From Candidatus Dormiibacterota bacterium (GTDB taxonomy: Bacteria; Chloroflexota; Dormibacteria; Aeolococcales; Aeolococcaceae): a stretch of DNA of 64,000 bases. This document shows positions 8,443 to 19,104 of the stretch, piece by piece. Each line of letters begins with the position of its first letter. The stretch's first letter is position 1. Position numbers and translations under genes: made by a program. The notes below the pieces were generated by a model, which had not been told where the DNA came from, did no database searches, and was given only the letters and a program-made list of their open reading frames with translations. The stretch lies in NCBI GenBank assembly GCA_036732145.1, contig DAINCY010000003.1, forward strand, positions 9,596-73,595, in the 5' to 3' direction.

Positions 8443-9543
8443 TCAGCCGCGCTGAATCGACCCCGTGCTCACCGCCTCGAAGGCGCTGCCGGGCACCAAC
8501 TTCAGCTGGTTGAGATCGCCGTCGTTCCAGCGCGAATCAGTGGAACCGCTGATGAACCAGCTGCTGCCGTTGTCGGCCACGATCATGCCGTAGCGCTTCA
8601 GCGCGGTCAGGATGACCAGTGCTGCTCCGTGATACGGAGTGAGGTCGAAGGAGGCCTTGAGCCGGAAGCGCGCTCCCATCGGCGGGTCACTCGCGTTGGC
8701 GACACCGGCCTGGTGAGTCGCCGGATGGATGAAGCCGTTCTGAGACTCGTTGACGGTGAAACGGAGCGCGTGAGTGATCACGCCCGACGCCACCTCGTCA
8801 AAGCGAGCCAGGCCGGGGAGGATGGGCAGGCCGGCGGCGTCGGCCGAGGTCCAGGCGTCCGGTCGGAGCGCATCGCTGCCGAGGTTGAAGACCGCCCCAG
8901 ACGCGGCGTTCCACCCGTTGCCCTGTCGCTGCGCGCCATAGAGCTCGTAGAGGTGGCAGTCGCCGGAATCGACGACCAGCACGTGCGCGTCACTGCCCGC
9001 CTCCACCGGCGCGTTGAGCGGCACGGGGTACGGCCCGGGGTCGCTCTCGCTGCCGTACGCGGTGAACGTGATGGGCACCCGCGGCTGACTGCCCGGAACC
9101 ACGACGTAGGGAATGCCATACGACGGATCGGACCCGAAGTCGGGGTGGAGGAACTGGCGGAAGGAGTCGATGCGGGCGATGTATGCGCTCGATTTGGGAT
9201 CGATCGCTGAGTGCGAGATGTCCTGGTTCCACGCGTTGTTGGCGGGGAAGACAGAGCAACCCCCGATGGTGGGACCGCCGGCAGGCGCGACGGTGCGCGC
9301 CGGGGTGGGCTTCGGGCGTGGAGCCGGCGAGGCGAGCGAGGACGCCGCGGCGGTCGGGGCCGCCGGCATCGGCGAGGCCGTCTGCTTGGGCCGGTCGGAC
9401 GACCACCGCAGCACAATCGCCGGCGACGCGGACGGGCGGGGTCGAGCGACAGCAGTGCTGCCGCACGCTGTGACACCGAGGACGGCCAGGCAGAGCGCGA
9501 CGCGACCTCGCGTGGGGGGACGAACCCGGCTCGGCTGGACCAT
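8443..9543 (-). CDS. Secreted lipoprotein of unknown function
   Basis: 366 aa. Lipobox LAVLGVTAC, then a Pro/Ala-rich linker, then a ~270-aa globular domain (GGCSVFPANNAWNQDIS...DCHLYELYGA...TSADAAGLPILPGL...HALRFT). I cannot place the domain in a named family. Confidence 0.7.
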   Translation of the reverse strand: MVQPSRVRPPTRGRVALCLAVLGVTACGSTAVARPRPSASPAIVLRWSSDRPKQTASPMPAAPTAAASSLASPAPRPKPTPARTVAPAGGPTIGGCSVFPANNAWNQDISHSAIDPKSSAYIARIDSFRQFLHPDFGSDPSYGIPYVVVPGSQPRVPITFTAYGSESDPGPYPVPLNAPVEAGSDAHVLVVDSGDCHLYELYGAQRQGNGWNAASGAVFNLGSDALRPDAWTSADAAGLPILPGLARFDEVASGVITHALRFTVNESQNGFIHPATHQAGVANASDPPMGARFRLKASFDLTPYHGAALVILTALKRYGMIVADNGSSWFISGSTDSRWNDGDLNQLKLVPGSAFEAVSTGSIQRG

Positions 9544-9553
9544 AGCCGCATCA

Positions 9554-10098
9554 TCAGCCCCTCGGAGCCCGCCAGAGTGACGAACCGGTAACCGCGAGCC
9601 GCGCCCCGCCGTTCTGGCTCAGCCGAGGCTCGCCCTGCCACCTGCGGTTGTCGAAGTAGTCCCGCATCGAGGAGGTGATCGTCCCCGTCACCCAGTAGAG
9701 GGTCACGATTGTCAGCAGGAAGTCGCGCGGGAGGTGCGCGTCGAGGTCGCCGCCACCGTCGCTCCACGAACCCACTTCTCCAGGATCCAAGCCGCCAGTC
9801 CGACCGGCGGGTCGTGGAGCCCGTACCCAAGGGTCTGCGGCTTGGTCGATTGAATGGCTTTGTAGCCGCGCTCTGTCTCATCCCAATGAGCGGCCTGCTC
9901 GAGGTAGGCGCTCTCCGTCTCGGAGGCAGTACTCGAGGAGCGCAGATAGTCGCGGTCGGTCCCCTGGTCCCAAGCTCGTCCTGGCGCCGGTTCCGGCCAG
10001 CGCGTGTTGCGAATGCGCGCCGTGAGGTCGCGCAGCGTCTCGTCGGAGACGCGGGTCGCGAACGGTTCTATGCGCAGCTGTGCGCTGCGGAGGCTCAC
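9554..10098 (-). pseudogene. Decayed epoxide hydrolase (EHN-domain alpha/beta hydrolase) pseudogene
   Basis: ORF 9712..10098 starts with the epoxide hydrolase N-terminal signature [28 protein letters not shown]. It then jumps to a late segment ([30 protein letters not shown]) with no HGWPGS core or nucleophile region. The continuation ([36 protein letters not shown]) lies in another frame (ORF 9554..9790). Confidence 0.75.
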
Positions 10099-10104
10099 GA
10101 TAGG

Positions 10105-10515
10105 CTATGAGTCACGCGGTGGAACTGCAGCGACTGCCTCGATCTCGATCAGGATGTCCGGCCGGAACAGGCCGGCGACACGCACCAGCGAACTCGTCGG
10201 CGGCCGCTTCACGTTGATGAACTCGTCGCGAACTGCTCGGACGGTGGGCAGCGCAGAGGTGTCGACGACGAAGATCGTGAGCTTGAACACATCGCCCCAG
10301 GTCGCGCTGGCGGCTTCGAGCGCGGCTCCGACGTTCTGCATGACCAAGCGCGTTTGCGCTTCCCAGTCGCCCGCCGGCGCTGCGGTGCCGTCGGCGCTGA
10401 TCGGGACCTGACCCGACGTCCAGACCAGGCGGCTGTCCGGCGCGATGCTGGCGACGTGGCTGTATCCGTTGGGCTCCGGCAACGTCGTGGGAGTGGCGAG
10501 ATCGATATGTGTCAT
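10105..10515 (-). CDS. RidA/YjgF-family reactive intermediate deaminase
   Basis: 136 aa. GYSHVASIA...VWTSGQVPI...QTRLVMQNVGAALEAA...VFKLTIFV...IEIEAVA matches the YjgF/RidA fold. Confidence 0.9.
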   Translation of the reverse strand: MTHIDLATPTTLPEPNGYSHVASIAPDSRLVWTSGQVPISADGTAAPAGDWEAQTRLVMQNVGAALEAASATWGDVFKLTIFVVDTSALPTVRAVRDEFINVKRPPTSSLVRVAGLFRPDILIEIEAVAAVPPRDS

Positions 10516-10535
10516 GAGGTCCAGTATTCGAAGAG

Positions 10536-10619
10536 TGCCGGGAAAGGGAATCGAACCCTTACGCCCTTACGAGCACAGCGCCCTGAACGCTGCGTGTCTA
10601 CCAGTTCCACCACCCCGGC
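10536..10619 (-). tRNA. tRNA-Leu (anticodon CAG), long variable arm, CCA not encoded
   Basis: Reverse complement reads GCCGGGG..CAGCG-TTCAGGG-CGCTG-(variable arm TGCTCGTAAGGGCGT)-AAGGGTTCGATTCCCTT-TCCCGGC-A. Confidence 0.95.
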
Positions 10620-10656
10620 GAGCGACGGCGGTCACCGATCCTAGCAGGCACCTCCT

Positions 10657-12186
10657 TCAGCCTCGATGCCAGCCGGCGATGTCGTTGAAGCGGGCGGCGC
10701 TCGAGCCAACCGGTGGGATGCTGACGGTGAGACCAGGACGCACCACGAACGACAGCTGCGGCGTCTCCAGGAACACGGCGGGGAGGCCGTCGGCGAGCTG
10801 TGACGACACCGCCGCGGCGGCAGCCACCCGCATTGCCGTGTCGGAGACGGTGGCGAGACGATCGAGTGACTGGTCGAGGAAGGGGTCGGCGGGGCCGCCG
10901 GACACATTGAAACCGGCCGGTGGCACCGCCGTCGATCGCCAGAACGAGCTCACGTCGGGGTCGGGCCCGCTGTCCCAGTCGGCGACCGCCAGGTCGTAGC
11001 CTCCGCCGCTGATGAGCAGCTGGCGGAGAGCCACGATGGGCATGGTGGTCACCTGGACTGAGATCCCGACAGTTGCGAGTTGAGCCGCAACCCCGGCAGC
11101 CAGGTCGGGCAGTGGAATGATGTCGGCGACCGCCAGATGCAGTTGCAGACGGGTGGCTCCGTGAACCCGGACTCCGTCAGCTCCCAGCGTCCAGCCCGCC
11201 CCATCCAGTGCGCTCGCTGCCGCAGTCGCGTTTCCCGGTGGCGTCGGCTGTTTGGGCGCCGCCCAGGCCACGCCAACCGGAATGGCGCTCGCTTGGGACA
11301 CGGCCATCCCCCGAAGCGAGCCGGCCACCAGCGCACCACGGTCGATGGTGGCCGCGATCGCCTGCCGAACCGCCGCGTCGGCCGCAATCGCGCCCCGCTC
11401 GTTGAAGAGCAGATCGACGAACCGGAACGTGGCGATGTTGTGAGCAGCCCCGCCGGCCGCGGTCAGCTCGGCACGCTGCACGGGATCGGTGGCGAGAACT
11501 CCGTCGACGGCTCCCGTGCGGAACGCCGCCGCGGCGCCGGCGAAGGTGCCGAAGAGGTCGATCTCGAGCCGGTGGAGGCGCGGAGCGACCGCGGCGTGGG
11601 GATTGGGCAGCAGAGTCACGGTGCCGGCGCTCGCAATCGCCACCTGGAATGGACCGGACGTCGTCATCGGCACCGCCGCCGTTTTCGGCAGAGCGCGCAT
11701 CGCTGCCGGGGTCAACAACCCCACCGGCAGGATGGGCAACTGGGTCAGCAGTGCGGGGAACGAGGCACGTGGGCCGGCGAGATCGAAGGTGACCTCGTTG
11801 CCTTCGGCACGGGCGTGCACGTCGCGCCAGGGGGCGGCGGTGGCTGCGTCGCCGAAACCGGGCGACTGCACCCACTCGACCGTCGCGATGACATCGGACG
11901 TGGTCAGCGGGTGACCGTCGGACCACCTCAATCCGCTGTGAAGCGGCAGGCGATACGTGAGACCGTCCTGGCTGACGCTGACGCCGGTGGCGAGGTCGGC
12001 GACCGGGACGGCCCGACCATCGAGGCGGAGGAGGCTCCGGTAGAGCAGGGCGCCGACGTCGCGCACGGATGGATCAGTCGCACCGATCAGGGGGTTCAGC
12101 GAGAGGGGACGCTCATCGCTGACCAAGCCCTCGCGGTAGTCCACCGTCGCCGGGCTGAGACGGGACAGGGCGCTGATGCCGAGCAC
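10657..12186 (-). CDS. Orphan ABC-transporter substrate-binding protein, family 5 (peptide/nickel type); start unresolved
   Basis: ORF 10657..12489. The body (LSLNPLIGATDPSVRDVGALLYRSLLRLD...GLRWSDGHPLTTSDVIATVEW...) is SBP family 5. The end given is the first canonical start (GTG 12186) that does not overlap secG. The signal anchor RRHRRAEIGLVLILVIVAAGVLG lies upstream of that start. Confidence 0.75.
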   Translation of the reverse strand: MLGISALSRLSPATVDYREGLVSDERPLSLNPLIGATDPSVRDVGALLYRSLLRLDGRAVPVADLATGVSVSQDGLTYRLPLHSGLRWSDGHPLTTSDVIATVEWVQSPGFGDAATAAPWRDVHARAEGNEVTFDLAGPRASFPALLTQLPILPVGLLTPAAMRALPKTAAVPMTTSGPFQVAIASAGTVTLLPNPHAAVAPRLHRLEIDLFGTFAGAAAAFRTGAVDGVLATDPVQRAELTAAGGAAHNIATFRFVDLLFNERGAIAADAAVRQAIAATIDRGALVAGSLRGMAVSQASAIPVGVAWAAPKQPTPPGNATAAASALDGAGWTLGADGVRVHGATRLQLHLAVADIIPLPDLAAGVAAQLATVGISVQVTTMPIVALRQLLISGGGYDLAVADWDSGPDPDVSSFWRSTAVPPAGFNVSGGPADPFLDQSLDRLATVSDTAMRVAAAAAVSSQLADGLPAVFLETPQLSFVVRPGLTVSIPPVGSSAARFNDIAGWHRG

Positions 12187-12248
12187 GCCGGCGGCGACGA
12201 TGACCAGGATGAGGACCAGGCCAATCTCAGCGCGCCGGTGGCGACGGG

Positions 12249-12485
12249 CTAGTGGGCGCCGACGTACGTCTGGACGATCGACACCACCACGAACAGCAGG
12301 ATGAAGACGATCGTCACTCGCAGGAGGCTCGCCTCCAGTCCTCGGCGGCGGCGATAGCCGCCACCCGAGTCCCCACCGCCCCCGATGGTTCCCCCGAGGC
12401 CGGTCGCCTTCGGCGTCTGGAGCAACACGCCAAGCATCACCAGTACTCCGAGAACGTCCTGGGCGACGGCGAAACCTACCTTCAC
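12249..12485 (-). CDS. secG: Preprotein translocase subunit SecG
   Basis: GTG at 12485 is preceded by GGAGG with a 9-nt spacer. The product VKVGFAVAQDVLGVLVMLGVLLQTPKATGLGGTIGGGG...TIVFILLFVVVSIVQTY has the SecG two-TM/Gly-rich architecture. Its position after tpiA is conserved. Confidence 0.85.
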   Translation of the reverse strand: MKVGFAVAQDVLGVLVMLGVLLQTPKATGLGGTIGGGGDSGGGYRRRRGLEASLLRVTIVFILLFVVVSIVQTYVGAH

Positions 12486-12512
12486 GCAACGAAACCTCCA
12501 GGTACCACGGAC

Positions 12513-12588
12513 GCCGAGTATACGTGGCCGCGCACCGTCGCCCCCTTCAGCGCGATCCTGATACCACACTAGTTTGTGTATACTCGGC
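12513..12588. repeat. 11-nt perfect inverted repeat GCCGAGTATAC ... GTATACTCGGC, arms 54 nt apart
   Basis: Arms at 12513..12523 and 12578..12588, in the secG/PLD divergent intergenic region. Each arm contains the GTATAC palindrome. Confidence 0.6.
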
Positions 12589-12596
12589 GGCATAAC

Positions 12597-13640
12597 ATGT
12601 GCCGCTTTCATGTGCTACCCCTCGCGATCGCGCTGGTCAGTGCCGGTTGCGGCCCTCCTCCCGCGGCGACCGGTCTCCGGGGTGCGGCGTCGACCGAGGC
12701 GCCGCTGCTGGCTCCGGCGTCAGCGGTCAGGGACGGCGCCGACTCCGTGACCGTGTTGCGCTCCGGGGAGCCGACGTTTGGCGAGCTGTATCGCCTGATC
12801 GAGAACGCCCGGACCAGTGTCGAGGTGGAGGTGTACGAGTTCGGTCGTGCCGACCTGGCTGCGGCGCTGATCGGCGCCCATCGACGCGGTGTCGCAACCA
12901 CGGTCATCGACGATCCCTCTGAGTCGGCGACGGCGGCGACGTCGCTCGGGCTGCGCGCGGACGGCATCGACGTCGCTGACTACCCGATTCGGGCGCGGAT
13001 GATCGACCACGTCAAGCTCCTCGTCGTCGACGCGACCGTGGCTGTGGTGGGCGGCATCAACTGGGGAGCGGGTTCGGCGGCCAATCACGACTTCGACGTC
13101 GAGGTGCGCGGGCCCGCGGTGGACAACCTGGGTCGCATCTTCACCAGGGACCTGGTGACCTGCGGGCGCGTCGAGGTGGTCCCGCCGGCGCGGCCCGACA
13201 CGGCCGTCCTGGTGGGCGCGACGCTTCCCGGTGCCGAGATCCTCCCCATGGTGTTGGCCCTCATCGCCGGGTCTCGTGGCAGCCTCGACGTGGCCATGTT
13301 CACGCTCACCGATGCTGCGGCCGTCAACGCCATGGAAGCGGCGCACGCGCGCGGCGTGGTGGTGCGCGTGCTGCTCGATCCCAGCCAGCGAGCCAGCGAC
13401 CCGTCCGCCGCATCGCTGCGCGCGCACGGCGTGCCGGTGCGCCTGTACCGGAGCAGCGGCGAAAAGCTGCACGCCAAGGCGGCGATCGCCGACCGCGCCT
13501 CGGTCGTGGTGGGCAGCGCCAACTGGACCGTGAGCGGCTTCGAGCACAACCACGAGCTCAACGTGACCATTCCCGATGACACCGCCATCGCCACTGCATT
13601 CGAGCAGCAGTTCGAGAGCGACTGGTCGGCAAGTGCCTGA
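12597..13640 (+). CDS. Phospholipase D-family lipoprotein (two HKD motifs)
   Basis: ORF 12576..13640. ATG at 12597 gives MCRFHVLPLAIALVSAGC, a lipobox. HKD motifs are HVKLLVVDATVAVVGGINW and HAKAAIADRASVVVGSANW. Confidence 0.85.
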   Translation: MCRFHVLPLAIALVSAGCGPPPAATGLRGAASTEAPLLAPASAVRDGADSVTVLRSGEPTFGELYRLIENARTSVEVEVYEFGRADLAAALIGAHRRGVATTVIDDPSESATAATSLGLRADGIDVADYPIRARMIDHVKLLVVDATVAVVGGINWGAGSAANHDFDVEVRGPAVDNLGRIFTRDLVTCGRVEVVPPARPDTAVLVGATLPGAEILPMVLALIAGSRGSLDVAMFTLTDAAAVNAMEAAHARGVVVRVLLDPSQRASDPSAASLRAHGVPVRLYRSSGEKLHAKAAIADRASVVVGSANWTVSGFEHNHELNVTIPDDTAIATAFEQQFESDWSASA

Positions 13641-13651
13641 ACGCGACCGCC

Positions 13652-15184
13652 TCAGGACAGGCTGCGCCCGGTCATCTCCTCCGGCACGTCGAGGCCCATC
13701 GCCGTCAGCACGGTGGGAGCGACGTCCCGCAGGCCGCCTCCGTCACGCAGCTGAGTCGCGTCAGCGCCGCACAGGATCACGGGAACGGGGCTGGTGGTGT
13801 GGGCCGTCAGTGGCGAGTTGTCGCGCGCGTCGATCTTGAGCTCAGCGTTGCCGTGGTCGGCGGTGATGAGGAGCCCGCCGCCGGCCGCGAGGACCGCGCG
13901 CTCGATGCGATCCAGGCATCCATCCACCACCTCCACCGCACGCACGGTGGCGGCGAACACGCCGGTGTGACCGACCATGTCCGGGTTGGCGAAGTTGACG
14001 ACGATGAGCGCGTCGACGCCACCCTCGAGATGTTCCACCACGGCGTCGGTGATCTCCACCGCGCTCATCGCGGGGGTTGTGTCGTATGTCGCGACCCGCG
14101 GCGAGGCAACCAGCAGACGCTCCTCGCCCCCAAACGGCTCCTCGCGACCACCGTTGATGAAGTAGGTGACGTGCGCATACTTCTCGGTTTCGGCGACGTG
14201 GAACTGTCGCAGCCCGGCGGCGCAGACCTCCGCGGCCAGCGTGTGGCTGACGTCCTGGCGCGTGAACGCCACCTCGGCGGCCAGGTCGCGCTCGTACTCG
14301 GTGAACGTGACGAAATGGAGATCACCAAGGACCCGCGAGCGCTGGAAGCCCGTGAAGTCGGCATCGACCAGTGCATGGCTGAGCTGGCGGGCGCGGTCGG
14401 GACGGAAGTTGAAGAACACCACCGAGTCGCCGTTCTCGATGCGCACCCGCTGGCCGCCGTCGGGGACGATCGACACTGGCGCAAGGAATTCGTCGGTGAG
14501 CTCGCGCGTGTACTGCGCCTCGATGTACCTCACCGCGTCGGAGGCCACGCCCTCGCCGTCGCCGACGATCTGCTCGTACGCACGTTGGGTGCGCTCCCAG
14601 TGCGTGTCCCGATCCATGGCGTAGTAACGTCCGGTCACGGTCACGACCCGGCCACACCCGGTGGCTGCCAGGTCGTCGACGAAGTGACCCATGAAGCCGG
14701 CTGCGCTCGCCGGCGGTTCGTCGCGTCCGTCGGTGAAGGCGTGGAAAAACACCCGCTCCAGCCCGCGGTGGCGTGCCAGTTCGGCAAGAGCCACGGCGTG
14801 CTTCTGATGGCTGTGCACGCCACCGGGCGAAACCAGTCCCAGGCAGTGAAGGGAGGTGCCGCGCTCTCTGGCGGCGTCCACGGCGTCGCAGAGCACGCCG
14901 TTGTCGAAGAAGCTGCCGTCGCGGATGGCCCGGTTGATGAGGGTCAGCGGCTGGAAGATCACCCGACCCGCACCGATGGTGAGATGGCCGACCTCGGAAT
15001 TGCCCTGCTGGCCGTCCGGCAGTCCCACCGCCTCGCCGCTGGCGGCAACCGTGGTCCACGGCCATGTCTGCATCAACCGATCGACCGCCGGCGTGGACGC
15101 GGCGGCGATGGCGTTGCCGAAGGCATCGTCGGACTGTCCCCAGCCGTCGAGCACGGCGAGGACGAACGGCCGGACCGATCTCAC
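13652..15184 (-). CDS. gpmI: 2,3-bisphosphoglycerate-independent phosphoglycerate mutase
   Basis: 510 aa. [23 protein letters not shown] and ITADHGNAE match iPGM. The GTG start overlaps the tpiA stop (GTGA). Confidence 0.95.
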   Translation of the reverse strand: MRSVRPFVLAVLDGWGQSDDAFGNAIAAASTPAVDRLMQTWPWTTVAASGEAVGLPDGQQGNSEVGHLTIGAGRVIFQPLTLINRAIRDGSFFDNGVLCDAVDAARERGTSLHCLGLVSPGGVHSHQKHAVALAELARHRGLERVFFHAFTDGRDEPPASAAGFMGHFVDDLAATGCGRVVTVTGRYYAMDRDTHWERTQRAYEQIVGDGEGVASDAVRYIEAQYTRELTDEFLAPVSIVPDGGQRVRIENGDSVVFFNFRPDRARQLSHALVDADFTGFQRSRVLGDLHFVTFTEYERDLAAEVAFTRQDVSHTLAAEVCAAGLRQFHVAETEKYAHVTYFINGGREEPFGGEERLLVASPRVATYDTTPAMSAVEITDAVVEHLEGGVDALIVVNFANPDMVGHTGVFAATVRAVEVVDGCLDRIERAVLAAGGGLLITADHGNAELKIDARDNSPLTAHTTSPVPVILCGADATQLRDGGGLRDVAPTVLTAMGLDVPEEMTGRSLS

Positions 15185-15957
15185 CGCGTCGCGCCCGTCA
15201 TGGCGGCGGCAGCCACGATCGTCGCGAACACGTCCGGCTCCAGGCTGGCACCGCCGATCAATCCGCCGTCGATGTCAGGACGGCTGAACAGCTCCGCGGC
15301 GTTGGCGAGGTTGACGCTGCCACCGTAGAGCACGCGGGGGGCCGATCCGGCGCGACCGGCGACGTGCGCACGGATGTGGGCGCAGACCTCCTCGGCCTGC
15401 TCGGGGGTCGCCGAGCGTCCGGTGCCGATGGCCCACACCGGTTCATAGGCGATCACCCACTCGTCCGCGGCGGGCGCTGTGGCCGCGGCTGCGAGAACTG
15501 CGTCAAGCTGCCGATCGACGACCGCAAACGTGCTCCCGGCGTCACGCTCGGCGGAGGTCTCCCCCACCGCGACAATGACCATCAGGCCCTGACGACGAGC
15601 GGCGGCGAACTTGCGACCGGTCTGCTCGTCGGTCTCTCCGAGGAGGTGGCGGCGCTCCGAATGGCCCACAAGGACGAGGTCGCAGCACCCGGCGAGCATG
15701 GGCGCGGACACCTCCCCGGTGTACGCCCCCGCGTCCTCCCAGTACACGTCCTGCGCGCCCAGCAGAACGGTGCTCCCTGCGAGCACATCGCGCACCGGCC
15801 AGAGGTGCACGTAGGGCGGCAGGACGACCACGTCGACCGCCGTCTCCGCGGAACATCGCTGCAGCACCGACTGCGCAAGCGCGACCCCCTCGGCAACGGT
15901 GGTGTTCATCTTCCAGTTGCCTGCAACCATGGGCGAGCGTGGCGACGACCCGCTCAC
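15181..15957 (-). CDS. tpiA: Triose-phosphate isomerase
   Basis: Inside ORF 15181..16485. The GTG at 15957 overlaps the pgk stop (GTGA). ...[10 protein letters not shown]..., [20 protein letters not shown] and GGASL are present. Confidence 0.95.
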   Translation of the reverse strand: MSGSSPRSPMVAGNWKMNTTVAEGVALAQSVLQRCSAETAVDVVVLPPYVHLWPVRDVLAGSTVLLGAQDVYWEDAGAYTGEVSAPMLAGCCDLVLVGHSERRHLLGETDEQTGRKFAAARRQGLMVIVAVGETSAERDAGSTFAVVDRQLDAVLAAAATAPAADEWVIAYEPVWAIGTGRSATPEQAEEVCAHIRAHVAGRAGSAPRVLYGGSVNLANAAELFSRPDIDGGLIGGASLEPDVFATIVAAAAMTGATR

Positions 15958-17150
15958 GACGTCACCGCCTCGCGATCGCTCAGCGCGGCCACCCCCGGCA
16001 GGGCTCGACCTTCGAGGAATTCCAGCGTGGCCCCGCCACCGGTGCTGATGAAGTCGATGTTGTCGGAAACTCCAGCGTCCTCCACGGCGGCGTCGAGGTC
16101 GCCGCCCCCGACAATGCTGAATCCTGCACTCTTCGCGAGCGCGCGGGCGACGTCGCGCGTGCCGTGGGCAAACGCCTCGATCTCGTAGATGCCGAGAGGA
16201 CCGTTCCAAACCACCGTTCCGGCATCGGCGAACGAGGCGGCGATGGCGGCCACCGTGTCCGGCCCGATGTCGACGACCGTGCGGTCGTCGGGAATGGCGT
16301 CCCACGCGACGACTGCCGTGGGCGCCCCCTCGGCGACCTCGGCCGCGACGACGACATCGACGGGCAGACTGAGCGTGCAGGAGCTCGCGGCAGCTGACTG
16401 GAGGACATCCCGAGCAGCGTCCACCATGTCCTCCTCGACCATCGAGCGACCTGTGCGAGCGCCTTTGGCGCGGAAGAACGTGCACGCCATGGCCCCACCC
16501 ATGTGGATGCTGTCGACGCGGTTGAGGAGACTGGTGAGCAGCCCCAACTTGGTGGAGATCTTGGCCCCCCCGAGCACCGCGACAAACGGGCGGCGAGGAC
16601 TCTCGAGTACGCCGCCGAGAACTTCGAGCTCACGCGCCATCAGGTAGCCGGCCACGGCGGGCAGCCGGTGGGCGATCCCCTCCGTCGACGCGTGCGCGCG
16701 ATGCGCCGTGCCAAAGGCGTCGTTGACGAACACATCGGCGAACGACGCCAGGCGCCCGGCCAGAGCCGGGTCGTTGCTCTCCTCCCCCGCCTCGAAGCGC
16801 ACGTTCTCGAGCATGGCGACGCCGCCGTCGTGCAGCGCGTCGACCGTCGCCTGCGCAGACTCACCGACCACATCGCCGGCCACAGGAACCTCCATACCGA
16901 GCAACTCACTGAGCCGGTCGGCCAGGGGAACCACGCTCAGAGAACGGTCGACATGTCCCCTGGGACGGCCCAGGTGGGTCACGATGGCGGTGCGCGCGCC
17001 GCGCTCGCTCAGCGCGGTGATGGTCGGCAGCGCCTCCTGAATACGGCGGTCGTCCCCGACCCGCCCGGAACGGAGCGGCACGTTGAAGTCGACGCGCAGC
17101 AGCACGCGCCGGCCGGCGACGTCGACATCGTCGATGGTGGCCTTGATCAT
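15954..17150 (-). CDS. pgk: Phosphoglycerate kinase
   Basis: 398 aa. RVDFNVP..., [13 protein letters not shown] and GGGDL...STGGGA are present. Confidence 0.97.
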   Translation of the reverse strand: MIKATIDDVDVAGRRVLLRVDFNVPLRSGRVGDDRRIQEALPTITALSERGARTAIVTHLGRPRGHVDRSLSVVPLADRLSELLGMEVPVAGDVVGESAQATVDALHDGGVAMLENVRFEAGEESNDPALAGRLASFADVFVNDAFGTAHRAHASTEGIAHRLPAVAGYLMARELEVLGGVLESPRRPFVAVLGGAKISTKLGLLTSLLNRVDSIHMGGAMACTFFRAKGARTGRSMVEEDMVDAARDVLQSAAASSCTLSLPVDVVVAAEVAEGAPTAVVAWDAIPDDRTVVDIGPDTVAAIAASFADAGTVVWNGPLGIYEIEAFAHGTRDVARALAKSAGFSIVGGGDLDAAVEDAGVSDNIDFISTGGGATLEFLEGRALPGVAALSDREAVTS

Positions 17151-17160
17151 CGCCGACGGA

Positions 17161-18228
<1,068 letters not shown>

Positions 18229-18260
18229 CTACCACCCCGATCTGCGCAACCGCCCCACCT

Positions 18261-19094
18261 TCAACGCTTCGCCGCCTCGACAAGCCGCTGCAGGCGACCA
18301 GCCATGGCGGGGCGGCTGATGCCGGCCTGTTCGGCAACGTATCCCAGCGGGGCGTCCGGATGGGTGCGCCGGAGCAACCCGGCCGCGCGCACTGCCGGGG
18401 GCAGCGCGTCCCACCGGCCCGGGTCGGCGGCCAATCGTTCGACCGCGTCCAGCTGGCGCACCGCGGCGTCGACGGTGCGGCGAAGGTTGGCGGTCTCGGC
18501 ATTGAGGGTGCGGTTGACCCCGGCACGAACGTCGCGCACCACGCGTCCCTCCTCGAAGGCCAGCCGGCCGCCCTGGGCGCCGATCGAGCTGAGGGCCGCT
18601 CCCACCGCCTCGGCGCTGCGCACCGTGACCACCGGTCGCGTCCGGCGCATGCGCACCGACGCCGCCACCTCGAGGACCTCGAGATCCTCCATGAGCACCG
18701 CCGCCGCGGCACGATCACGCACGGGGATCTCGAGGTGCGGCGAACGGTCGGGCCGGTTGACAGATCCCAGGGCCAGGAACGCACCCCGCAGCCGGCTCCG
18801 CCGACAGCACTTGCCCGACGTCACCGCGGGGCCCCCAGGAGGGACGTCGACTGAGTAGCGGATGCGGCGCGCGGCCCGCGCCCGGGTGGCGTGGCCACCA
18901 CGGCCGTCGGCGTGGAGGAGGGCCACGGCGCACCGGGCGGCGACCGCCCGCGGCGTCTCCACCATATCCGGTGCCGCCCCGGGATCGCCGGTGAGGCTCA
19001 TGCCCTCGAGCAGCGCCGCCCGGCAGTGCGGCAGCGGCGGGATGTGGGGGGCCAGCTCGGCGACCACGGTGTCGGTGAAGGACCCTCCACGCAT
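18261..19094 (-). CDS. whiA: DNA-binding sporulation/cell-division regulator WhiA
   Basis: Internal ATG at 19094 of ORF 18261..19346, 11 nt after the rapZ stop. The N-terminus is MRGGSFTDTVVAELA... There is a C-terminal HTH (GISRPAMAGRLQRLVEAA). Position is conserved next to rapZ and gap. Confidence 0.9.
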   Translation of the reverse strand: MRGGSFTDTVVAELAPHIPPLPHCRAALLEGMSLTGDPGAAPDMVETPRAVAARCAVALLHADGRGGHATRARAARRIRYSVDVPPGGPAVTSGKCCRRSRLRGAFLALGSVNRPDRSPHLEIPVRDRAAAAVLMEDLEVLEVAASVRMRRTRPVVTVRSAEAVGAALSSIGAQGGRLAFEEGRVVRDVRAGVNRTLNAETANLRRTVDAAVRQLDAVERLAADPGRWDALPPAVRAAGLLRRTHPDAPLGYVAEQAGISRPAMAGRLQRLVEAAKR

Positions 19095-19104
19095 CGACAG
19101 CGGC

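Noticed and set aside
13799-15328. 509-aa + strand ORF, and many similar long antisense or alternate-frame ORFs (e.g. 6148..7320, 8778..9881, 11080..12252, 22454..23758, 31738..33471, 44401..45831, 51661..52524, 57395..58753)
   Set aside because: Each overlaps a gene with unambiguous family motifs on the other strand or frame. Their translations are dominated by Arg, Gly, Pro, Ala, His and Asp runs and lack motifs. None has an independent SD-plus-start signature.
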